Positions 10,136 to 20,023 of a stretch of DNA of 64,000 nt are shown here, one piece after another. Each line of letters begins with the position of its first letter. Within the stretch, counting starts at the first letter, position 1. Position numbers and translations under genes: made by a program. A model generated the notes under the pieces. It was given only the letters and a program-made list of their open reading frames with translations, was not told where the DNA came from and did no database searches. The stretch is taken from NCBI RefSeq assembly GCF_003790525.1, contig NZ_CP033632.1. One strand, written 5' to 3'. This DNA comes from Escherichia coli. Lineage in GTDB: Bacteria > Pseudomonadota > Gammaproteobacteria > Enterobacterales > Enterobacteriaceae.

Positions 10136-10951
10136 TTAGCCAAGGCGCTTACGGCGCAGTTTCATTGACTTTTTGCGGGCAAGTTTTGCCGCGCCGGTCT
10201 GGGCTTTTCGACGCGCTTTTTTCAGCGCCGATTTTTGAGTCGCAGTCAGACGTTTTTTACGCAGGCGTTTACGGATGAGTTTGATCTCACCGTTACGAAC
10301 AACCTTCTTAAATGCTTCAGTCAGCATTTCATCAGAAGTGCCAGCAACAACAAACGCCGCTTCCAGTTCGTCGCGGTCGTCGCTATCTAAACCAGCGATA
10401 GAGGCACCAACATCAGCAGCTGCGTCGTCGTCTTCATCGTCAGCCAGTGCTTCGATCAGGTCATCATCTACACCGCATGCTGCGAGGAAGTCAGCAACAT
10501 TTGCCCATGCTTCGTTATAGGCATCGTCCTGTTCTTCTGTAACTTCGGAGTCGTCGTCATCAGAGATACCAGCGATAGCCTGAACGAAACCATCAAGGGA
10601 GTCGAAAGTCAGATCACCGCTATCAGCCCAGGCGAAAACGGCGTCGGCCGCATCACTCAACGCATTCTGCATAGCACTTCGATTTGCAGCTTCCAGAATC
10701 ATCTGGTGCGCCTGTTCGACGGTCCATTCTTTACCGTCTTTCCCTTCCAGGATTTGCTCAGGAGCCGTGGCAGATGGAGCGTTATCGTTAGTCTGTGCCG
10801 CCGGTTCCGGATTATTATTAATAACCGGATCTGTTGTCGGTTCGGCGCTTGCTCGGGCAGACTCCATCAACTGCACAGGATCAGAGTTCAAAGCGAAACG
10901 AGACAGTCCATTCCCCAAAAATGCCCCGGATTGAAAAAAGTTTTTGCTCAT
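10136..10951 (-). CDS. Phage protein with acidic body and K/R-rich C-terminal tail
   Basis: 271 aa; D/E runs (DDDDSEVTEEQDD, DDEDDDAAAD) and C-terminal KLIRKRLRKKRL...RRKRLG. Confidence 0.35.
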   Translation of the reverse strand: MSKNFFQSGAFLGNGLSRFALNSDPVQLMESARASAEPTTDPVINNNPEPAAQTNDNAPSATAPEQILEGKDGKEWTVEQAHQMILEAANRSAMQNALSDAADAVFAWADSGDLTFDSLDGFVQAIAGISDDDDSEVTEEQDDAYNEAWANVADFLAACGVDDDLIEALADDEDDDAAADVGASIAGLDSDDRDELEAAFVVAGTSDEMLTEAFKKVVRNGEIKLIRKRLRKKRLTATQKSALKKARRKAQTGAAKLARKKSMKLRRKRLG

Positions 10952-10960
10952 TGTATTTCC

Positions 10961-12550
10961 TTACTTAATAAGCAGCGGTACGCCCTGGATACGACGGGCT
11001 ACGCCAGTCGGGCAGCAGGCCCAGACTACTTCCCATTTATCGAATTCCGCCTGCGTAACTTTCAGCACATACGGTTCTGTACCGTCATCATCAGGATCAC
11101 GAGGAGCCACCAGAGCGCCGGAGGCGACAAAGCGATCCAAAAGTTTGGTCATCCCTTTAGTCAGGCCAGACTCAGTAATGCCGTCCGGGTTATGCTTCAT
11201 CTGTCGGGCTAACTGGACAAAGAAACGGCTGATTGCGTTCATCAGGGATGGGACGTGCTGGAAATGCAGATAGTTGTCCTGCGTGCAGCAAGTTAAAGCA
11301 TCATCGATGATCATCTGGCCCGAAGTACCTACAGATACTTTATTGAGTCGGCCCTTGACCATAGCTTCTTCGTCCGGGGTGTCTTCAGGATACAGCGGCT
11401 GAAGTGATGCACGAGCAATGACGGCACGTTCTTCACCAGCCGATGAGTAATGCCAACCGCCGATATCGGAGTTTTTCTTGACGCCACGAGCTTTCGCCGC
11501 ATACGCCGCGCCAGACAGACCGAAGACCACGCGGGATTGGGTCCATTTGTCTTTGCAGGAGAACGGGAAATGATAGACAGCACAGCTTACATAATCGGTA
11601 CCAAGTAAACCGGTATCTTCAACAGCAGAGATCGCTTCCGTGTACGTCAATGTCGGTTTGACATCAAAGAAGCCATCAATCAAGCGATCAGAACAGATAT
11701 TACCTAACGCAGTGATCGCCGCATTGTCATAGCAACCCAGGCCGAGAACAGCGGTGTACATGTACGGCGCATTGTTCAGCACTTTCACCGCACGCAGGTA
11801 AGCAGCAGTGGAAATGTTCGACTGATCGCCGTTGGTACCGCCAGTGAACGCCAGCGATTTTTTATTTGTTACTTTCGCCGTCGAAATCAGCTCTTCATTA
11901 ACAACCGCGCGCAGATATTTAGAACGGGCTTCCAGAGCCGTAGGCAGATAACACAAGCGGCCCATGTCATCTTTCGCTTCTTCCGCCAAAGACACAGTGT
12001 GTGTCTCCAGGGTCGTTACCACACCGAGCGAAGTCGTCTGGGTCAGTTTTAAGAGGAAGCGTTCATTACCCGCGCTGTCCGCTGTTGCCGTTTCGATGGT
12101 TAACTCACGGGTAGGAGAAATACACGGATCACCATCATCAACGTAGATAGCAAAGGCTTCGCCGCTATCAAGTTCAATTTCAGAACCGTATGGCAACGCA
12201 CTGTAAGCCGGTTCGCCTGATTCATCGAACATAATAATCGGGAACTTCGCATCATCCGGAACAGCACGGACAACATAACCAGACGTTTGCTGAATAGCTT
12301 CGTACACATGGCGAATTGGTTCGAACTGTGAGCCGGAGGACGGCTTCAGCGGTTCGCCGAGAACATCTTCGTAATTGGACTCAGTAACCGCAAGAACAGT
12401 AAACGGCTTGCCACGCGCAAATACGCCAATACCAGCCCACAAGCTGCTATTTAATACAACACCGGTAGATAACGTCGCATCGGCATTGATCGGGCTAACA
12501 GCGACACCGGATGCATTACCTAATGACTGTTGAATTGAATATTGAGACAT
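10961..12550 (-). CDS. Phage contractile tail sheath-like protein (P1 gp22-like)
   Basis: 529 aa (~57 kDa); position in structural block next to the par locus as in P1; assignment from synteny/size. Confidence 0.45.
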   Translation of the reverse strand: MSQYSIQQSLGNASGVAVSPINADATLSTGVVLNSSLWAGIGVFARGKPFTVLAVTESNYEDVLGEPLKPSSGSQFEPIRHVYEAIQQTSGYVVRAVPDDAKFPIIMFDESGEPAYSALPYGSEIELDSGEAFAIYVDDGDPCISPTRELTIETATADSAGNERFLLKLTQTTSLGVVTTLETHTVSLAEEAKDDMGRLCYLPTALEARSKYLRAVVNEELISTAKVTNKKSLAFTGGTNGDQSNISTAAYLRAVKVLNNAPYMYTAVLGLGCYDNAAITALGNICSDRLIDGFFDVKPTLTYTEAISAVEDTGLLGTDYVSCAVYHFPFSCKDKWTQSRVVFGLSGAAYAAKARGVKKNSDIGGWHYSSAGEERAVIARASLQPLYPEDTPDEEAMVKGRLNKVSVGTSGQMIIDDALTCCTQDNYLHFQHVPSLMNAISRFFVQLARQMKHNPDGITESGLTKGMTKLLDRFVASGALVAPRDPDDDGTEPYVLKVTQAEFDKWEVVWACCPTGVARRIQGVPLLIK

Positions 12551-12609
12551 AACTTTCCCTGTTATGCGCCCCGCACGGGGCGCTATGTTAAACGGAGAAC
12601 TTCCCCTGA

Positions 12610-14337
12610 TTACTCAGAGTCACCGGCATCAATCGTGTCGCCGCTTATAAAGTTAAGCCCGCCTTTTTTGGCCATTGTCAGCGTTACACGAGTGAAGTAA
12701 TCAGCGCCGTTGCGTGGGTGCATATCGTTGATAGCCGAACCCCACAGCGTGGTACGGTTGACCAGCGCCGGAGTGGTCGGATGCTGGAACGGGATGGCCG
12801 GGACAGCATCACCAGTCACGAAGCCTGCTTTACCCGGATTTTCATCACGGACGTAGCACAGCACATCCATCGAGCTGAACTGAATGTTCTCTGTCGTTAA
12901 GTTCTTACAAATACCAGCAGGTACTTCGTACACTTTCACGTTACCGAACAGGGTACCGATGTAGTGAACATACGGAGTCTGGATATAGTCTTCGGCTGGC
13001 TGGAAGAAATCCTTCGGCAACTGTTTGAAGAAAGATGCTGCATCAGCACCAGCAAACATCCCCATCGCACCAGAAGATTTAACGCGCTCAATAATGTCGC
13101 GATATACAGTCTGGAATTTGCCACGAATGATGGTTGCCCATACATCAAAGGACTGGTTAACCGGCAGAGCGATGTCAAAGGTGTCGGTCGCAAGAGTACG
13201 CCAGATCATGATGCGAAGACGCAGCATATCCTGTTCATGAGACAGGTATTCCTTCAGGGTGCGGAACTGTAGGGAACCCAGGTCCAGACCAAATTCACGC
13301 TGTGCTTCACACGCCGCCTGTACCGTGTGCTCAGCCGCGATAACGAACTGACCTGGGAACAGGGTGTATTTCTTCATTTCGTGGTTGATCAGCGGGATCA
13401 GCTCAGGAGCGGCTTCAATATTGATTTCCGTCTCAATTGCGATCTCAGTGCCTTTATCCGGCGCTTTGGAGAACGACAGGGCAATCTGACCAATGTTGTA
13501 GTTCAGAGAGCAGGTAACAGTGATTTGCTCACCAGCAGCATTAGTAAACGAGTGAAGTAGGCTGCCGGAACCGTTATCAACAACAGACTTAATACGGTTA
13601 ACGTAGATGTTAGTGCGACCTTTTCGGATTGGTACATTCTGGCCTTCGAAGTCTTCCATCTTGAAGGTTGCGGTTTTGCTGGTGCCATCGGAGCTTGCCA
13701 CCAGCACATAGCGGCGACGTAACTGGCTGTACACACCGACGGATTGCATGTCCAGAACATCACCAGCAGCATAAGAACCAAAAGATGAACCTGCCACGTT
13801 AAAGACTTCATAGATGTCGGACTGGTCACGCGTAACCGGAATGAAGGTACACGCATCAGCGGTAGCTGCCCCCAACTGAACAGGCAGGATCATCGCGAGG
13901 AATAAAGGCAGACGCATAACACCGTCAGAAACGCTCATCATCTCTGCTGCGACGGATTCCAGCATCGCTTTATTAGTGGCATCCATGCTATTGCGGGTGG
14001 ACTCAATCAGGCAGTTTTCCAGCGTCTGGTGGCAGGAGGCCAGAATTTCCGGACGCGGCATAGATTTATGTGCTGCGGCGTAGTCAGCCAGTGCACTTGC
14101 CCACGCTGTAGCGATTTGAGCGGTGGCATTATCAGAGATACCCGCAAAAACCGGGTCTTTACGTGCAGCTTCAAGGATAGATGCGGCACGCGCGGCATCA
14201 TCTTTAATGAATTGGTTATCAGTACCGAACTGCGCAGTGCTTGCCCAGCCAAGCACAGCTTTAGAGCGTTTTGCGATATCTGCAATACGATTCTGGTATT
14301 CGCGTAAGTTACTCAATTTACTCTTCCTTAAACACAA
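12610..14337 (-). CDS. Phage major head protein candidate (P1 gp23-like)
   Basis: 575 aa (~62 kDa) immediately adjacent to parS/parB as gene 23 is in P1; synteny-based. Confidence 0.4.
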   Translation of the reverse strand: MCLRKSKLSNLREYQNRIADIAKRSKAVLGWASTAQFGTDNQFIKDDAARAASILEAARKDPVFAGISDNATAQIATAWASALADYAAAHKSMPRPEILASCHQTLENCLIESTRNSMDATNKAMLESVAAEMMSVSDGVMRLPLFLAMILPVQLGAATADACTFIPVTRDQSDIYEVFNVAGSSFGSYAAGDVLDMQSVGVYSQLRRRYVLVASSDGTSKTATFKMEDFEGQNVPIRKGRTNIYVNRIKSVVDNGSGSLLHSFTNAAGEQITVTCSLNYNIGQIALSFSKAPDKGTEIAIETEINIEAAPELIPLINHEMKKYTLFPGQFVIAAEHTVQAACEAQREFGLDLGSLQFRTLKEYLSHEQDMLRLRIMIWRTLATDTFDIALPVNQSFDVWATIIRGKFQTVYRDIIERVKSSGAMGMFAGADAASFFKQLPKDFFQPAEDYIQTPYVHYIGTLFGNVKVYEVPAGICKNLTTENIQFSSMDVLCYVRDENPGKAGFVTGDAVPAIPFQHPTTPALVNRTTLWGSAINDMHPRNGADYFTRVTLTMAKKGGLNFISGDTIDAGDSE

Positions 14338-14449
14338 GGCACTTGTGTGAATCCCTTTTCGGAAGAGATTTTATTGAAAGTCACTTGTTGACTTTCTCGT
14401 GACAAGCAATTTTTTTATTTTTTTCGGGAGTAGGGGAGGAAGGTAAAAT

Positions 14450-14540
14450 CCAAGGTGAAATCGTGGCGATTTCACCTTGAAATTTTAGAGGGATTTACTT
14501 TAAAAACAGTAGTTTAATAGTGAAATTTGAATGGCGAAAG
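14450..14540. promoter_or_regulatory. parS: parS centromere-like site (P1 type)
   Basis: Heptamer ATTTCAC / GTGAAAT boxes and TGGCGA (TCGCCA) hexamers flanking an AT-rich core just downstream of parB. Confidence 0.7.
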
Positions 14541-14541
14541 T

Positions 14542-15543
14542 TTAAGGCTTCGGCTTTTTATCGAGGCTCTTTCTAAGGATATGCCCAATCATCCTGTCGA
14601 GTTCTTCCTGTAGCTCTTTTGAAAGTCGATTAAACTCATAAGAAAATGCACGGCCTTTCACGCGCTTCCTTGCAAAGCGATCCTTGTCCTCAAATTTCCA
14701 TAATTCAGTAACTACGGACTTATCTTTAGAACCTTTATCCGTGAGTAGTGAGGCTTCCTTTGTTATCAAGCGCAGGATTTTATTTTTAACTTCATCTTCG
14801 GCCATTTCTTCAATGGATAAGATGTCGTTTATTTCCGGGGATATGTTTTGAATAAGCTGATCAAACTCTAAATTCTTGTTCCCCATTTCGTCGCCAACAG
14901 CACAAAGCGTTTTGTAGTCCGAAAAGGTTAATTCCGACTGCACAGGGAAAAGGGCGACTAATTCTTCCGGAGCACTCGCTGCCTGGAGAGCACGCGTGAC
15001 CTTCGCCTGAGACAGCCCTTCTTTGGCTGCAATATCCTTCTGACTCATCCCATCATTTTTCATTCGCATCAAACGCAGACCTATTTCTCGAATGCTGTGC
15101 TGCAATGCTGTCTGAACGTCTTTCGCTAAATTTTGCGCTTCCTGAACGCTGATCTCCTGGTCCGTGACTAAAACCCGCAACCCTACGTTCTCTAAGATGG
15201 CAGAAGCTCGACGCCGGGAACCATCCAAAATTTCAATTTTCCCTGTAGCCCGTCTAACACCTATTGCAGGGTAAAATTGCTGATGCTTAATAGTGCTTCG
15301 GATACTTTTTAATGATTTTGGCGTAAGAGATGCCTGGTCACGCCCGTTGTTATGCTGATCAACAAAGGTATCGCTTTCTACCTGGTTCGGAGGTATTACC
15401 TCTTCAATAAATGTGGCCTGGCGACCAGTTGATAACTTGAATACCTGCTCGACTCGATCGCCAGAGGCTGAAGAACTATCAAATCCGCTTAATATTGAAG
15501 GATTAAGGGTTCGCCCAATTGTTGGTCTGTTTTTCTTTGACAT
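14542..15543 (-). CDS. parB: ParB partition protein (P1 ParB-like)
   Basis: 333-aa ORF; sequence recognised as P1 ParB (MSKKNRPTIGRTLNPSILSGF...). Confidence 0.9.
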   Translation of the reverse strand: MSKKNRPTIGRTLNPSILSGFDSSSASGDRVEQVFKLSTGRQATFIEEVIPPNQVESDTFVDQHNNGRDQASLTPKSLKSIRSTIKHQQFYPAIGVRRATGKIEILDGSRRRASAILENVGLRVLVTDQEISVQEAQNLAKDVQTALQHSIREIGLRLMRMKNDGMSQKDIAAKEGLSQAKVTRALQAASAPEELVALFPVQSELTFSDYKTLCAVGDEMGNKNLEFDQLIQNISPEINDILSIEEMAEDEVKNKILRLITKEASLLTDKGSKDKSVVTELWKFEDKDRFARKRVKGRAFSYEFNRLSKELQEELDRMIGHILRKSLDKKPKP

Positions 15544-15559
15544 GGGGGTTTCTTACTCC

Positions 15560-16756
15560 TCAGTTAGATCTGATAAATTCAATACGGTCAAAAACTGCTT
15601 TAGCAAAATCTTCCGCAGCAATTCGCGCGTTCTTCAATGCATCAGCACTACCAACATACGTTGCCGGGTTAGCTGAAATAACAGTGTCAAAAGACTCGCC
15701 GCAGCGTTCAAAACCGTCAAGGCGAGGGAGGACAACATCAAGCATATCCCCACCGAACACTTCTTTAGCCAGGCTATGGCAATACTTATGGTCTGCCTTG
15801 TTACTCAACTTGGACATAAATCCAATGTTAGTTGCAAGCTGACACTCGCAGCCTTCATCCGAAATGAGTTTCACCAACTCAGGAAGGCGGGCAACGTATT
15901 TAAGCGATGAGTGGAAATCAACCGTTGCAGGCGGCAGAGGTGTAAACAGTATATTGGCCGAGGCCAAAGCATTTTTCAGGAAGGCGTCAAGGTGAGGACC
16001 ACTATCAACGAGGATAAAGTCATAATCGCTCTTCAGCTTATCAATCACATTTTCTTTCAGGACTGCATGGATGTTCTGACCCGGTAGATGCTCATTGCAC
16101 AGCTCTCTCCAATCGGATGCAATAAAGGCATCGTCAATCGACGCAGGCATAACGTCAACCCCAGGTACAACAGAAGGAACAATAAACTCCTCTAACAGCT
16201 CTTCACGGCTTACATTCTGCAACATAGCCTGTGCAGATGTTGCGTTTACGATACCAATAGAGTGTTTATGGCTTAAAAACATCGTTGCTGAAGATTGCGG
16301 ATCAAGGTCAATAACCAGAATCCTTAAATCTTCCATCAGAAGATGAGGATGAGCACGCATTGCATGCGCCAGAGAAACCGTCGATACAGTTTTTGACACA
16401 CCGCCTTTAAGATTGGAGATGAAAATCACATACGCTTCGCTGTAGCGATCCCGGTATTTTGGCACTCCGCGATGTTCATATATGTCAATGATGTTCTGAA
16501 TTGACATCGCATATTTCATTGAAGAGCCAGCAGGGCGTTTATCGAAAACATAACCCTTTTCTTCCATTTCACTTACGGCATAGTCAACGTTCGCACGAGT
16601 CAGTAGAGGCAATTTTGCCAGTGCCGCTTTCGCATAGACCTGGTAAAACTCGTTCGCGTGTAGCTCATCCTTTTGCAACTGTACTTGTTCAGTCAGAACA
16701 TTGAGCATTCTATTTGCTCTTTGAGCAACCTTGTGAAGCTGGCTGGAATCACTCAT
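15560..16756 (-). CDS. parA: ParA partition ATPase (P1 ParA-like)
   Basis: 398 aa; deviant Walker A KGGVSKT; N-terminal sequence recognised as P1 ParA. Confidence 0.9.
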   Translation of the reverse strand: MSDSSQLHKVAQRANRMLNVLTEQVQLQKDELHANEFYQVYAKAALAKLPLLTRANVDYAVSEMEEKGYVFDKRPAGSSMKYAMSIQNIIDIYEHRGVPKYRDRYSEAYVIFISNLKGGVSKTVSTVSLAHAMRAHPHLLMEDLRILVIDLDPQSSATMFLSHKHSIGIVNATSAQAMLQNVSREELLEEFIVPSVVPGVDVMPASIDDAFIASDWRELCNEHLPGQNIHAVLKENVIDKLKSDYDFILVDSGPHLDAFLKNALASANILFTPLPPATVDFHSSLKYVARLPELVKLISDEGCECQLATNIGFMSKLSNKADHKYCHSLAKEVFGGDMLDVVLPRLDGFERCGESFDTVISANPATYVGSADALKNARIAAEDFAKAVFDRIEFIRSN

Positions 16757-16892
16757 CGAAAGTCATCCTTTATGCTGTATTTTTGAATTTAATTAAAAAT
16801 GCTGCATAAAATAATAATGTATGCGTAGATGCTTGTACATAGCATTCTCTGCATGTTTGGTTCATTTTGCACGATTGAGAGTTACAAGGAGG

Positions 16893-16917
16893 GCACAAAA
16901 AAGCCCCGTTCAGGGGC
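16893..16917 (-). terminator. Rho-independent terminator after the T5orf172-like gene
   Basis: Minus-strand GCCCCTGAACGGGGC hairpin followed by TTTTTTGTG directly after the stop codon. Confidence 0.55.
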
Positions 16918-16924
16918 ATCAGTG

Positions 16925-17734
16925 TTATTTGCTAAGAGCAGCGAATAATCGTTCGAAATCGATAGTATCTATAGCACGCGTAAGCGCCGGAAGTTCAGCC
17001 TCAAAGTACCCGTGTCGATCGTAAAAGAAGGGACCGAAGAGCGAGGCATGTTGGATTCTACTTCGCCCCAGCCCGGACACACAGTTAAGCCCATTACCGG
17101 CTAAAAGGCTAAAAAACTTCTCTGGATTATCGTGGTAAAGCTGGGAATCAATGGTGGCGGTTAACTCTTCCATAGGGAAGCACACCCGCCCTGTATCCCA
17201 GGGATATTTAGTCCGAAGCATAAACATTGCTTTCAGCAATTCACATTGAGCGCGGATCGCGTCCGGTTCATAGCCAGATATGGAGACATAAGCCACGTCC
17301 CTCATTCCTGCGTCATCTTTGAAAGTCACGATAGAAGTAACATCCAGCTCTTTTTCGAAAGAGCAAGCAGCATCTACTGGACGCTGAAGTAAATCATTCG
17401 ACTTAATGCGCTCGAGAATCCCTCCCCACATATCATTTAGATATTCGATATGAGCCAAAACCTTATCAAGACACTCTCGTGTAAACCATTCAGTATGCCC
17501 GCCACCGACGCTTTTCTCCCACGGCGCATTCCAGGGGAAAAAGGTTGCGTGTAAAGCCCGCTCAAGATTAACCATTGCCAAACGCGTACCACGATAGACC
17601 CGTGAAAGCGCAAAATCGGGACTCACTTGTAGCCCTTTAAACCGTGCCAATGGACCACATGAAATGCCGATTTTAAAAGTATCTCCGTTCTCTGGCACCA
17701 GAACGTAGAGGTAGTGTTGTTTCTCTTCTTGCAT
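16925..17734 (-). CDS. T5orf172/GIY-YIG-like domain protein inserted between incA iterons and parA
   Basis: 269 aa; N-terminal YLYVLVPENGDTFKIGIS...HTEWFTRECLDKV resembles the T5orf172 (GIY-YIG superfamily) fold; own terminator. Confidence 0.5.
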   Translation of the reverse strand: MQEEKQHYLYVLVPENGDTFKIGISCGPLARFKGLQVSPDFALSRVYRGTRLAMVNLERALHATFFPWNAPWEKSVGGGHTEWFTRECLDKVLAHIEYLNDMWGGILERIKSNDLLQRPVDAACSFEKELDVTSIVTFKDDAGMRDVAYVSISGYEPDAIRAQCELLKAMFMLRTKYPWDTGRVCFPMEELTATIDSQLYHDNPEKFFSLLAGNGLNCVSGLGRSRIQHASLFGPFFYDRHGYFEAELPALTRAIDTIDFERLFAALSK

Positions 17735-17764
17735 ATCAATACCACTGCTTGATGAGAACCGCGC

Positions 17765-18022
17765 AAATGTTGACTATGCGCGAAGGTTAATGTGAATAGT
17801 TGACTATGCGCGATGTGACTACAGTCAAAAGTTGACTGTAGTCGATTTAACTCCACCAAAGATCGACTATGTAAGATATTGTCGGGAGAAACGTTGACTA
17901 TACGCGATGAAATGCCCCTAAAAGCCATCTCAATAGCGACTTGCAGAATATTGACGCCAGCAAAAATCCACCAGCGTCAACGAATGTCGCCTATAGTCAA
18001 CTTCTCGCTATCGCATATAGTC
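17765..18022. repeat. incA-like iteron cluster (about 8 RepA-binding repeats, both orientations)
   Basis: Repeated GTTGACTATGCGCGA / TCGCCTATAGTCAAC motifs downstream of repA. Confidence 0.7.
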
Positions 18023-18026
18023 AATA

Positions 18027-18947
18027 TTATGGATTGCGCTTATGGATCTGGAAGCCGATTTTCCTGCCGTTTTTTATCTCTGAAAATTTAAGATATTCAA
18101 TAGCTTCCAAATCTTTCATGGCTTTTCTGATAACGCTATTTTGCACGCTAACGGATGATTTGAGATTAAGCCTCGCTCTAAGGCGCTCAATGCTGACAGG
18201 TGCCGGGTTGGCGGGTAGAGCCTCAAAGAATGTATACAGTACCTTGGCCGTCTCTTTGCGCCCTAGTTTATCCAGCATCTTCAGCTTCAGGATTCGCTTA
18301 TAGTCAACATAGTAAAGTTCAGATAGCTGTTTCTGCGGCTGGATCTCGATAACATCAAGCTCGGTATTCAGGCTGCTATATGCCAACAAGTTGACGTTAA
18401 TGTTATTGAGATGACCTTTTGCCGCCGGGAAGCGGAATTTGACAACTGTCTGCTGAATGCGTGTCAGAGAGTCATCAATACTTTTACGGAACGCCTTTGA
18501 AAGGCGCTTACGTGGATAGCCGCATCGATCGGCAAACTCGGAGAATGGCAGGGTGATTATGCCGTCATCATCAGGTGCGTAGTCAAACAACGCGGAAGTT
18601 ATGCCCACCCACACCTTAAAATCAGTATCCATATCCAGGCGTGGACCATGAATTTCAATTCCCTCATAGCCTTCCTGCTCAACAATTTTGAGGCTTGATA
18701 GTTCTTCAGTTGCGTTCGTTGTGTTTGTTGTAACTGACGATCCGCGACGTAGCGCCACATTGGTAGATTTTAAGGTTGGCACAAACACACCTAAGCGCAA
18801 CAAAGCGATGGGTTGTATAGTGCTGTTGTTATTGGGCTTCAGGCTGTGGATTTCTCCTGTATTTCCTGCAACTTCTTCAACGCTAAGGAAGCCTTTACTT
18901 TCTTCCGGCATCACGGTTTCTCCATGTGTGGCGCGGCCTGACGTCAA
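18027..18947 (-). CDS. repA: RepA replication initiator (Rep_3 family, P1/RepFIB-like)
   Basis: 306-aa ORF flanked by iterons on both sides; P1-type rep organisation. Confidence 0.8.
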   Translation of the reverse strand: MTSGRATHGETVMPEESKGFLSVEEVAGNTGEIHSLKPNNNSTIQPIALLRLGVFVPTLKSTNVALRRGSSVTTNTTNATEELSSLKIVEQEGYEGIEIHGPRLDMDTDFKVWVGITSALFDYAPDDDGIITLPFSEFADRCGYPRKRLSKAFRKSIDDSLTRIQQTVVKFRFPAAKGHLNNINVNLLAYSSLNTELDVIEIQPQKQLSELYYVDYKRILKLKMLDKLGRKETAKVLYTFFEALPANPAPVSIERLRARLNLKSSVSVQNSVIRKAMKDLEAIEYLKFSEIKNGRKIGFQIHKRNP

Positions 18948-18949
18948 TT

Positions 18950-19215
18950 TGGATGGCTGTTATCAACAGCTGTGAATATTCAGACTCTAAAATCGCTTAC
19001 AGTCAATGTTTCTGTCGCGTATAGTCAACAATAAATCGCGTGCAGTCAACAATAAATCGTGCACAGTCAACATAAAATCGCGTATAGTCAATGTTGATCC
19101 CATTTCAGGCCAGTAATGACGCGGCTTACAGCGATCCGGGATCTTCTTTGGATCTTCCTAGGTTCTCTTTAGGATCTGTTTATTGGATCTATGCTGTGGA
19201 TAAGTTGAATAAACC
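18950..19215. promoter_or_regulatory. oriR-like plasmid origin: five direct iterons (incC-like), GATC cluster and DnaA box
   Basis: Iterons TCGCGTATAGTCAAC x5 at 18990-19100; five GATC within 19130-19190; TGTGGATAA at 19195. Confidence 0.7.
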
Positions 19216-19246
19216 GGCCAACAAAGCCGGTTGGAAGGAAGTCATA

Positions 19247-19639
19247 TTATTCTACGCTTTCGATAAGAAGACCATGTTCATAACATTTAAGCTCATCGCC
19301 TTCATACAGGAATTGGTATCCAACACCACCATTTTCATGGACATTAGGGAATAACTCATAACTCACTGAAGAGCAAATCACACCAATGCAACGATCAACG
19401 CCTTCTCGTTCTTCAGTGCTGAAAAAATCCTCTTCGGTAAGAACATGAGTACATTGCTCATCAGCATAGGTCGGAAATACATGCTCGATGCAATCCGGGT
19501 GTTTTAAACCAAGCTGATCGGCAAGCTCGAAAGCATGACGGTATTGTTCAGATCCTGGCTTGCCAACAGTGATGTGCTCAATTTTGTAGATTGAAGTCGC
19601 TTTGTTGATAGTTTGCTTTACTGTTACTTTATCAGACAT
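19247..19639 (-). CDS. Hypothetical protein (P1 backbone, upf-like)
   Basis: 130-aa ORF followed by hairpin terminator; no recognisable domain. Confidence 0.4.
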   Translation of the reverse strand: MSDKVTVKQTINKATSIYKIEHITVGKPGSEQYRHAFELADQLGLKHPDCIEHVFPTYADEQCTHVLTEEDFFSTEEREGVDRCIGVICSSVSYELFPNVHENGGVGYQFLYEGDELKCYEHGLLIESVE

Positions 19640-19650
19640 AAAAATCCCTT

Positions 19651-19983
19651 TTAGTTACCGCTGATAGCGCGGTTGTAATCATTAACGTTGCGATTCTTCC
19701 TGTTAATCCCCATCAGCATCGTTTCTGTATCGAGGATATACGCTGGCAGATCATCAAAATATTCACTGCTAAACTCTGGCATCCTGCACATAAATGCACT
19801 TTTTGGGGCAGGGTGGTTAACCTTTGTCGGCGTCGGCGTTAAATTCGCTGATCGACTCCCGGAGCAACCGCTGAGTGTCAGCAGGAATACGCTGGCGAAC
19901 ATTACCCGCCGCAACAAGTTGTTTCTGAACTTCAGCTTTTCGTTCCATTTGCCTGTCAGCATACTTGGCTTGTTCTGATTCAT
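19651..19983 (-). CDS. Lipoprotein (P1 Mlp-like)
   Basis: 110 aa; signal peptide with lipobox LTLSGC. Confidence 0.5.
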   Translation of the reverse strand: MNQNKPSMLTGKWNEKLKFRNNLLRRVMFASVFLLTLSGCSGSRSANLTPTPTKVNHPAPKSAFMCRMPEFSSEYFDDLPAYILDTETMLMGINRKNRNVNDYNRAISGN

Positions 19984-20023
19984 TTTTCACTTCCTGGCTG
20001 TGAAAATGTTGCTCTGCTTTGTT

